The notes under the pieces were generated by a model that was not told where the DNA came from, made no database searches, and worked only from the letters and a program-made list of their open reading frames with translations. DNA of 64,000 nt from Asterias rubens (Eukaryota). The translations under genes and the position numbers were made by a program. The DNA lies in the NCBI RefSeq assembly GCF_902459465.1, contig NC_047082.1, forward strand, positions 4,154,001 through 4,218,000. Direction: 5' to 3'. Shown here one piece after another: positions 11,345 to 21,026 of the stretch; position 1 is the stretch's first letter, and each line of letters starts with the position of its first letter.

Positions 11345-13614
11345 ATGGTCAGCAAAATGTTGGCGAGCAAACTGCTGGGTGTTGTTGGTTTATTTATGAT
11401 GGCAGACTACGCTGCTGTTAATGGGCGGTGTTGGAAGAAGGCCCGCGCCGGAGGGACACCTACTGGAGGGACAACTACCGGAGGGACACCTACCGGAGGG
11501 ACACCTACCGGAGGGACACCTACCGGAGGGACACCTACCGGAGGGACGCCTACCGGAGGGACACCTACCGGAGGGACACCTACCGGAGGGACACCTACCG
11601 GAGGGACACCTACCGGAGGGACACCTACCGGAGGGACGCCTACCGGAGGGACGCCTACCGGAGGGACGCCTACCGGAGGGACGCCTACCGGAGGGACACC
11701 TACCGGAGGGACACCTACCGGAGGGACACCTACCGGAGGGACACCTACCGGAGGGACACCTACCGGAGGGACACCTACCGGAGGGACACCTACCGGAGGG
11801 ACACCTACCGGAGGGACACCTACCGGAGGGACACCTACCGGAGGGACACCTACCGGAGGGACACCTACCGGAGGGACACCTACCGGAGGGACACCTACCG
11901 GAGGGACACCTACCGGAGGGACACCTACCGGAGGGACACCTACCGGAGGGACACCTACCGGAGGGACACCTACCGGAGGGACACCTACCGGAGAGACCTC
12001 TACCGGAGGGACACCGCCATGCCCTCCTTCTTGGAGCCAGTTGCAAGGCAAATGCTACAAGATGCATGATGCCTACGTTACATGGGAAGAGGGCAAGCAG
12101 ATTTGTGTTGAGTTGGGTGGGGTGATGGTTGTCCCTCAATCCGAAGAAGAATTACAACACCTCGACAACATCTTCAGTGGTCAATTGTTCTGGATTGGGT
12201 GCACCGACATTGTCGTTGAAGGTTTGTGCACAACTAGAAATTGCTTTTATTTTTCCCTTATCAATAGTTTTATTTTATGCCTTTTGAAGTTGGAAGTCAA
12301 CAACATTCTGAATTTTATTTTGACTTCACCCCTTTTTCGGCTCTCAAATCTGCGTATATACTGAATATCTACAACATTCATGAGGCATTCGCTTTATTTC
12401 CTATTTATACGTCGAAACGTTAACAAAATTACGTGAGTATTTGGCTGTGTTTCTAAAACAAATCATTTATTAAGTTGATATTTTATCAGCCTGGTGAACT
12501 TCTTTTACGATATACCTATTTATAGTCGGGTGCGCCCCATTGCAACATCTTGCTTCTCTTCATGAATAAAATTGTAAGTTACTTTATTCTAAAAGCCATG
12601 AAACATCGTATAACTTACCATGTCCAAGTTTACTTAGCACAACTAGAGTTTACACATGTAAAATGGTATTATAACTGGTGACCATTTTTTGGTATTCTGG
12701 CATGGTTTTCTTCAAGGGCAATTCCATGGTCAGTCGCATTGCACTTTCTGTGTAATTTCTTGATCTTAGTGCTAGTAGTTCTGTGTGAGATATTCTTTCC
12801 ACTAAGTTTATATACTGACTTGTACTTGACACCCAAGGCTTTGAATTAATGATATAAGAAATGTTGTGGGTTTGTCCTCGGGACTTTAATAATAACGTTT
12901 AGTTGTAAAAAGAGGTCAGTCACATTACAAAAAAGGACATGGTAAAAATACACTGTCAAATTTAAAAGTTTCCTCTAACTTAAAAACTTGCAAAAGTTTT
13001 ACTATACATGTAACACACAACTCTTATACGTGAGTATCCAACAGGATACTTATAAATGGGCAGCAACTTTAACTTTTAGGTATACATGGCAAAACCACGC
13101 TTAGTCGCTTTACGGTCAGTACAGTTTTCCAGTCAATTTAGCCAAGCCTCATGAAGCCCAAGCTTTTTATTCCGCAAAATTGGGTTAATTTCCTCGTCAA
13201 CAACTAAAAATAAATTGGTTTCATATGTTTGCTATAAATTCTAAGTGGAAAGAAAGCTGTGACAATTTTTGTTTGCTTTGATTTGCCCATAATCTTTAGC
13301 AGCTCATTTAAATTGGGATCTGACCAGTTATGTTATTCACATGACGTGGTACTCCAGCAAGCATCCTGACCCTACCTTTAAGTACTATCCAGCTCCAAAC
13401 ATTTTATGTAAAGAGACTACTTGTTTCTGATTGACTTGTTCCAGGTACCTGGGTGTGTTTTGGTGAAGATACTATTGACGAACAGGACGAGAGATGGGCT
13501 GCCGGTGAGCCAGATAGTAACGGCAACGAGGATTGCGCTTTGAGGGCTACTTCAGGCTGGTACGATAATGGATGTGACGTTTACACTAATTTAATCTGTC
13601 AGCGCCCTGCGTAA
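11345..13614 (+). CDS. Secreted C-type lectin with N-terminal (GGTPT)x38 Thr/Gly/Pro-rich stalk (unit B), 348 aa, 2 exons
   Basis: Exon 1 is 11345-12221: MVSKMLASKLLGVVGLFMMADYAAVNG (signal-like), 38 x 15-bp repeats at 11450-12019, then CPPSWSQLQGKCY...FWIGCTDIVVEG. GT donor at 12222; ttccag acceptor. Exon 2 is 13445-13614: TWVC...WAAGEPDSNGNEDCA...GWYDNGCD...LICQRPA*. Phases match (1/1). CTL hallmarks are present: WIG, the EPD sugar motif, WYD in place of WND, and the conserved Cys residues. Confidence 0.92.
11450..12019 (+). repeat. Coding minisatellite, 15-bp unit (GGAGGGACACCTACC) x38
   Basis: Seen directly. Internal variants are mostly ACA/ACG, which are synonymous in the GGTPT frame. 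Confidence 0.98.
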
Positions 13615-15173
13615 ATCAACACAATATGAAAGGTTGCTCAATAATCTGAGCTAACTACTTCTTATAAGGATTAAAGGGGTAGGTGATTAACTGCTCATTC
13701 GCTTTGTGATAATCTTTTTGTTTAACACCAAGCCACTATTTACTTTTAATATTGGGCTCATTGGTAAAAAGACAAATTAATGTTGCACGCATGGAGTCAT
13801 CCATCTTGATATTTTAATCGAACTAATAAATTCACAGCCTGTCTCTGTCTCCATCTCAACTGAAAATGGAGCAATACTGGCATGGAAATCGTTTACTATA
13901 TTTCTTGTTATAATATCACTTAATTAATTTTATTGTTCATAGTGCCCGTAAAAACTAACCCTTTAGAAATAAAGTTCATTTTTGTCATAGTATTATAGTT
14001 TCATGATTGTGTGAAATAAACATAACGTCAATGTTTCGAAAATGTTTCACCAAGAATGCAGTTATGCTAGTACATGTTCAGCATTACACCAATAGTGACG
14101 TTACCGTTAACGTCAGTGGAACATGACCCTGTTTTCCTTTTCCCTGAAACAGAGTAAATAGCAACATATTTCTTTTAAAAGATATTAAAGTCTTTTTTGG
14201 AACCTTACAACTCTTTCTATGTAAAGAATTTGCAAATTGTTTTACAAATCTTGTAAGGAATGTCTTTTCTGAGGCTGTCATCTTTAAAAAACTGATTATT
14301 GCAAACAAGTTTTCTTAGCTTTAAAAAATGGTAAATTAGCTTCAGGATAAATAGTATTCATTTTATTGTTTGAGAGTTATTCGCAAAGTGCAATTTTAAA
14401 TATTGTTTTTGGCATTGTTATTGTATCAGTATATGTAGTAGTAACCGGTTTACTGTTTAATTTAATTATTAACATTCACTAAGTTGGAAAACTGAAGCAT
14501 TATTAACTTCAAAAACTTATCAGGCAAAACACTACTTCACGCTAACTATAGGGTAAGTCTTAGAAAAATCCCCCTTTTGGTCCCAAAACAGAAGAACTAA
14601 TAACATATGATATTCATGTAGAATGATCAGGCAGATACCCAACATAAGAAGAAAACAAATCACTAAAATCAAAGATTATTTCAGTGTTGTAGAGAATAAA
14701 ACGTTGGGTCAGGAACTCCTCAAATTTGTGTCGAACGATTTCGCATTGTAACTAAATTGCTTCTTTGATTCATTATGAACTAAAATGAAATTGTAAGTTT
14801 AGATATTCTAGATGTTTTTCAAATAATTATGTGAACTTCGTTGAATAATATGTGAAACTTGAATCTTAACACATGAATTTTTGTTTTACCTATATGGTTA
14901 CACGATTTAAACAAAATTATGATGGCCCTGGAAAAGCCGATTGGTTTAGTCTCAACATTTCAACAACTGTACTCTCGTCGTTGTCACTGTCTCCTAAAAC
15001 GACTGCTTTAGAGCACACTACATTGAATAAACCAACCGGCTCTCACAGAGACATCACCTCAATTAGTTTTCAAGAAGAGACAACTTTATATGTGTCTCCG
15101 TCAAACTAACATTACTTTATTAAAAAGTGTATACCTTTAATTGATTTAATAATATGTGTCGATCTAACATTAA

Positions 15174-15660
15174 CCCTATCAGGAAAATTCTTTTGGCGAC
15201 TCAAGTGGGCGGGGGCGTGGCTTTAATATGATGCTCCTTTTTTTACATTATCACCTCAAACATTTACCTTGAACAAGTCGGTGATAAAAACTGTGGTATA
15301 TAGTTTGAACCTCTAAATACGGGCTGAACAAAACACAAGACAATAGCCGATTTTGATACGCCATTTTTAAATCGCAAACTGCATTTAACACTTTTACGTG
15401 AAACGGCAAAACCATTTTTACAGGAAAAATGTTTAATATAGTAAAAAAAAACGGAAAAACAACAACTACATTTTTTTCAATCGTTTGATGACCCAAGATC
15501 GAACAAACGGTTCGCATGGTAACATCTGACACCGAAATCAATACTTTTGTATACAAGTTATGATCCAAGATTAATATTTGGGAAACGAAATAGAAATTGT
15601 GCGATCGAATGAAGCGTTAAAACTTATGGGCAAAAGTATGGAACCCTGGTCCTGATAGGG
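15174..15660. mobile_element. piggyBac-like MITE, 487 bp
   Basis: TTAA|CCCTATCAGGA ... TCCTGATAGGG|TTAA; CCC/GGG termini with a TTAA TSD. Confidence 0.82.
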
Positions 15661-15766
15661 TTAATGGTGTTCTTGTTTAAAAGTTCTTTCACAGCACTGG
15701 AAAGTAATAATAAAATACATTACGCACAAAACCATGTTTTACTCAACAGTTCTCAATAGACTCATG

Positions 15767-16152
15767 TTAAAGACAGTGGACACTATTGGTAACTGTCAAA
15801 GACCAGTCTTCTCACTTGGTGTATCTCCACATATGCACAAAATAACAAACCTGAGAAAATTTGAGCTCAATTGGTCGTCGAAGTTGCGAGATAATAATGA
15901 ATGAAAAAAAAACACCATTGTCACACGAAGTTGTGTGCTTTCAGATGCTTGATTTCGAGACCTCAAATTCTAAATCTGGGGTCTCGAAATCAAATTCGTG
16001 GAAAATTACTTCTTTCTCGAAAACTACTCCACTTCAGAGGGAGCCGTGTCTCACAATGTTTTATACTTTCAACATCTCCCCATTACTCGTTACCAAGTTG
16101 GGTTTTATGCTAATAATTGTTTTGAGTAATTACCAGTGTCCACTGCCTTTAA
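15767..16152. mobile_element. Kolobok-like MITE family A copy
   Basis: TTAA flanks, TIR AG(G/A)CAGTGGACAC. Confidence 0.88.
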
Positions 16153-16744
16153 ACTCACCCCAATTCTGCATGGTCCTTCAATATTATTTCTAGCCAACCA
16201 TGACCCTTCACGACCGAATCTAACCATCCCCGACCTTCACAAATCAATCCTTTAATTAACAACCTGTCCCATTACAAGTAACCCTAACAACCCATCCCGA
16301 CCCTTTCAAAATTCGGTAATTTACTTTGAAGTAAGCGCTCAAAATAAATTTAACAAAGCACTGTGATATTAACACTGTGCTAGTGTAAATGAACAGTGTC
16401 AGTGAGAAAGTAAGCCAATTATACTCTTTGTGAACGTGACTTTCTGAACCATATCTTATTAGTTGCTCTAGTTGGACAAACAATTAAGAGATTTTGTTTA
16501 AAACCAAGCCTCCACATTGTTTAAACAGGAAGTCACGCTAGGCATAACAAAAGATTTCACGGTCCATTTGTCTTATAGCAGGGCTGTTTGGTAGCAAGGT
16601 TTCTAATACTGCGCCATTATGCATGACCCAAATTCATAATCAATTCGCGTTGCGCTGTGTCTTTTGTGTGACTCGACGAGTCGTGTTTTTACTGGCAGTT
16701 AAGGATCTCGGCGCAATTTGACAGCAATTTCAATTTGTCAAGAG

Positions 16745-17097
16745 ATGGTCTGCACTATGTTGGCGAGCAAATTGCTGGGTGTTTTTGGTATAGTTATGAT
16801 GGCAAACTACACTGCCGTTACCGGAGGGACACCTACCGGAGGGACCCCTACCGGAGGGACGCCTACCGGAGGGACCCCTACCGGAGGGACGCCTACCGGA
16901 GGGACACCTACCGGAGGGACACCTACCGGAGGGACCCCTACCGGAGGGACGCCTACCGGAGGGACCCTTACCGGAGGGACGCCTACCGGAGGGACACCTA
17001 CCGGAGGGACACCTACCGGAGGGACCCTACCGGAGGGACGCCTACCGGAGGGACCCTTACCGGAGGGACACCTACCGGAGGCCTAATATTGTGCTAA
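16745..17097 (+). CDS. Lectin-less paralog (unit C): signal peptide + 17 GGTPT-type repeats + LILC*, with one 1-nt frameshift near 17026
   Basis: 5' end aligns with unit B (cagcaatttcaatttgtcaagagATGGTC). Repeat 14 lacks one C of a CCCC run, which is either a real lesion or a homopolymer sequencing error. The tail resembles the unit B 3'UTR at about 13749-13805. Confidence 0.6.
16823..17080 (+). repeat. 15-bp minisatellite x17 with 90-bp higher-order structure
   Basis: Thr codon order is ACA,[ACC,ACG,ACC,ACG,ACA,ACA]x2,ACC,ACG,ACC,ACA. Confidence 0.95.
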
Positions 17098-18624
17098 TCA
17101 GAAAGAAACTTGTTTGCATGGAATCATCCATCACTAACCAAGTTTTAAGTTCAGTTTCCCTGAAAGTGGATAATTTTGCAAGTTCAATTATTAATATGTT
17201 TACATCTTTCTAAATAGTTCACTGGGCAGTGAGCTAACAAATTGTGATAAAGTTGGATTTGGTTATAATACTAGTTTCAAACGTGAGTGTTCAAAAATTC
17301 ATATTGCCATTGTCAGAAAATGACGTCATTGATAAAAATAAATTTCAACAAGAATGCAGTCGTAAGCTTTTTACGATGAAGTTTTCACGTTTCAAATATG
17401 ACTCCTTGGCCCAAGACGACAGTGATTGGATAGCGGATAGTCTAATACGCTCAGTTTTATCACTAAAGCGCGCACTCTGACGTCACGATTTAACCAACTT
17501 GACTGGCTCGCTCGGCATCATGCCGTAAGAGGGCGCGCTATAGCGAGTAACAACAAGTCTGAAACCAAAAATGTTAATTTTAAAACTTTATGAAAGTCGC
17601 TTATTGTGTAAAATCTTGCAAGGGAAACTCTTCTTTACTTTCTGGCATCTTTAAAAATTCACGACTCTATTAAAATTTATAAAAGTTTCTCTCTGAAGTA
17701 GCAACATGCATTCCAGTGGATTGAACTTTCTGAATGCCCCAATAGGCTACGAAATGTGCGAATTTTCTTGGAGGGAAGTTTTTTCTTACGGTTTCGCAGT
17801 ACAGCTATTGCTTTTCTGCAATAAACCTGAGTTAATTCAAATTTAAGTTGAGAAAATCTATATTTATTATATTGTATGTGATGGGGTTGATAATGTAAAA
17901 GTTGAACACATGTTTAGTTCAACCCGTGAAACACGATTTGAACAAAACGATTGGCCGCGAAAAGCCGGTTGGTTTAGTTTCAGCATTTCAACTCACCGTC
18001 TCCTATAACGACTACTTTAGAGCACACTACATTGAATAAACCAACCGGCTCTCACAGAGCCACCACCTCAGAGTTTTCAAGAAGATAAAATTACATGGCG
18101 TATCCGTCAGACTATTAAATGGTGTAATAATATGAGTATATAATTTACGATATGTTGTTCATGTTTTAAAATAATTGCTCAGCACGGCAAGCTCATTGTT
18201 AAATACGTTCTGCACAAAATGACATGTTTTTAATAAACTTCTTTAAGGACAAGTCCGAAATTTTCCCTAAGCAACCCCGACCCTTCCAAATGAATCTAAC
18301 TTGCCCTAATTAACTAAAATCCCTTAAGCAACGAAACCCATATACCAATCCCGACCTTCATACACAGTTTACCCTAACCAACCAAATAGATGACACAAAA
18401 TTGATTTGGAGAGTAGACTCATTCCAGCCCTCTCAATTCAACCAAGTGAAGATTCATTCTAATCATCACAAGAAACACACAAATTCAATCAAGCTGTGAA
18501 AAGAACAAGCGTGTTCAATCAACCAAAACCATTGAGCAAGTTACAGACCCGATGGCCCCTGTTGCAAAGTCGATACACCAGAGTGCTTGCTTCTAAGTAA
18601 CGACGCCCTCTAACTCCTAATCAA

Positions 18625-19250
18625 TCACCACTAACCCTCCCTCCCCAACCACCCACTAACCCAACCTCCCTCTGCAACCACCCATCATCCAACCCTACTT
18701 ACCAAACCACCCTCCTCCCTAACTCATAAACCTACCCCCCCCCTCCCCAACCACCTACCAACCAACACTCCATCCCCAAACAGCCCAACAAAACCAACCG
18801 TCCTTGCCCATCCTCACTCCCCAACCACACCAACCTCTCTCTGCAACCACCTATCAACCAACCCTCCCCAACCAACCTCCTCCCTAAATACTCATATACA
18901 CCCAACCTCCCTCCCCAACCTACCACTAACCCAACCTCCCTCTGCAACAACCTATCAACAAACCATCCATCAACCAACCTCCTCCCTAAATACTCATATA
19001 CACCTAACCTCCCTCCCCAACCTACCACTAGTTGTGACAACGCAACCCCCCTCTGCAACCACCTATCAACCAACCATCCATCAACCAACCTCCCCCTAAA
19101 TACTCATATACACCTACCCTCCCTCCCCAACCTACCACTAACCCAACCTCCCTCTGCCCCCACCTATCAACCAACCATCCACCAACCAACCCTCCTCACC
19201 AAATAATGTACTCATAAACCTACACTCCTCCCCAACCAACAACCCTCCCA
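18625..19250. repeat. C/A-rich degenerate minisatellite (period about 85-105 bp)
   Basis: Recurring cctccctccccaacctaccactaacccaacctccctctgcaacc...taaatactcatatacacc; almost no G on the + strand. Confidence 0.9.
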
Positions 19251-21026
19251 TTACAAAGTAGACCCACCCTTTTACGCCTGTCTGCGTTGTCACAAAATTT
19301 CGCCTTTTAGATTACTATTGCACTACGAAGCACCAAGAATAAGGTACGTGTTGAAAAGTTGTACAGTGTTAAGTTCGATTTACAATCCCTGTTTTCAAAG
19401 ACATTTTGAAGACAAGAAAAAAACACTTTTACCAGAGAGTATTTTTTTTATATTTTTTTTTTTTAGATCATTGAACAAAAACGACGGGAAATAAATAAAC
19501 AGATTTGTATGCTGCTTGAACGCAAGCGCCCTCAATCTAAATTTGCTGCTGATAGACATTTGTTATTTTGCACACTGTCGACACTTCAAGTTTGTTGCCG
19601 CTACCTTTCTATGGTAGCATTTTGTTCGTGTATACAATTGTCATGCTTTGTGTGTTGTATACCATTCGGGAGGTCGCGAACGCCTTGTATGAAGACTACA
19701 TTGCCGCTAGCTGAACATCTGACACCTCGAGGCTCGTTTTAGGTTTGAGCCAACGTCAAAATATTGACGATCGTGGTAAGGATGTACCTTTAATCTCACT
19801 TTTTATTTTGCAGCCAAATTCTAAGTAGGGACTACACGACGTTTACATAAAACATCATTCATGGATGTACATTACTTTACTGTGAAGGACTTCGCTCGTT
19901 TGTGGTGGAATATGCATGTAACATAGGCATAGTGATCCAAACCATGGGTACCTGTATGCGGTAAGTTGTTCTTAGATTTAGGGAGGTTTTAAACCTTTAA
20001 TATTCTACTGAGGTAGTTTTATTTTCAGTATGAGTGTGTTACATTGTGCTTTATTGAAATTGCTTCAAAACCCACAGTAAAGTCTCTGTGGTAAAATCAT
20101 TTGCTTAACTTTCAGCTCAAACAAACTGGATCATAAAATTTAAAATAACCTTGAGCCTCGCGATTTGTTTACACTATGCGGATAATCCTATATTATGCAA
20201 TAGGACTATGTCAACAGGTAGCGCTATAGCGTTCTACTCATGCAGTATGCCTGTATGTGTTGGTAAATTGCCACATCGACATTGCTTTTCTTATGCTTAC
20301 ACTGATAACTCCATGTGCCGGATATCTGGCCTTGTGTAGGATGTAAAATCCCCGGCCTCTAGGAAAACATATAAGCGCTGACTAGCCTCGTTCCAGCCGC
20401 TCGTCACACAGCTAATGTTGGATTTACTTGTCGTTTTAACATTCTCTCTTAATTTGTCTATGTGTGTTTTAAAATTAACTTTAGGGCCTTGTCACACAGA
20501 AGCAACTTTTGCAGACAACTTGTAAGCAACCAACCACAGTGCATGCTACAGGACCACTTTGGTAGCAAATGAGTAAAGTTAAAAGCAATGTCTTACCACG
20601 AGGGTCTTAATACGATCCCAAAGAATAATTTGTGAACATTGCCTCGAGTGGCATGGCCCAAGGTCAAAATAACAAGAGAGTACAACTTATGATAATAGCA
20701 ATTTTTTGACAATTTTAAAGGGAATGTACACATGGGTATTCTTAAAATCGATTGCACTAAAATCATATGTTAGAAGCGAACAGCAGCGTTCGACAACGTA
20801 AAGCATTATGAGGAACATTTAACTTTGATGTAATGTGGTTACAAATATCAATTTTATGCCCAAATTTGAATCTGAGAAGCGTACTTCAGTAACGTTTCTC
20901 ATATTGCATATTGCTATATAGGGAGCATTTCTCATGCATGGACATATAACACAACTTTCTGAAATATTTTCAGTTGCCGTTCAACCAAAGAATTGGTCTG
21001 CTCGTCGTGACGATTACAGCGATGCG

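Noticed and set aside
11450-12019. CRISPR-like appearance of the repeat array
   Set aside because: Contiguous repeats with no unique spacers, inside a eukaryotic exon.
11390-12139. Overlapping ORFs encoding (SGRCP)n, (GVPPV)n, (PEGHL)n and (YRRDT)n
   Set aside because: The 15-bp unit has a stop in only one of six frames, so five frames are open automatically. Only the GGTPT frame links a signal peptide to the lectin domain and makes the unit variants synonymous.
15861-16193. Recurrent MSSIGRRSCEI.../TPLSHEVVCFQMLDF... ORF family (also near 29040, 37362, 40921, 46104, 47457, 50570, 59025)
   Set aside because: Translations of MITE family A; frames are broken differently in each copy and show no transposase motif.
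18635-19100. About 155-codon start-less Pro/Thr-rich frame on +, and the Gly/Trp/Val ORF 18732-19088 on -
   Set aside because: Low-complexity composition suppresses stop codons; there is no start codon, no convincing splice sites and no frame conservation between repeat units.
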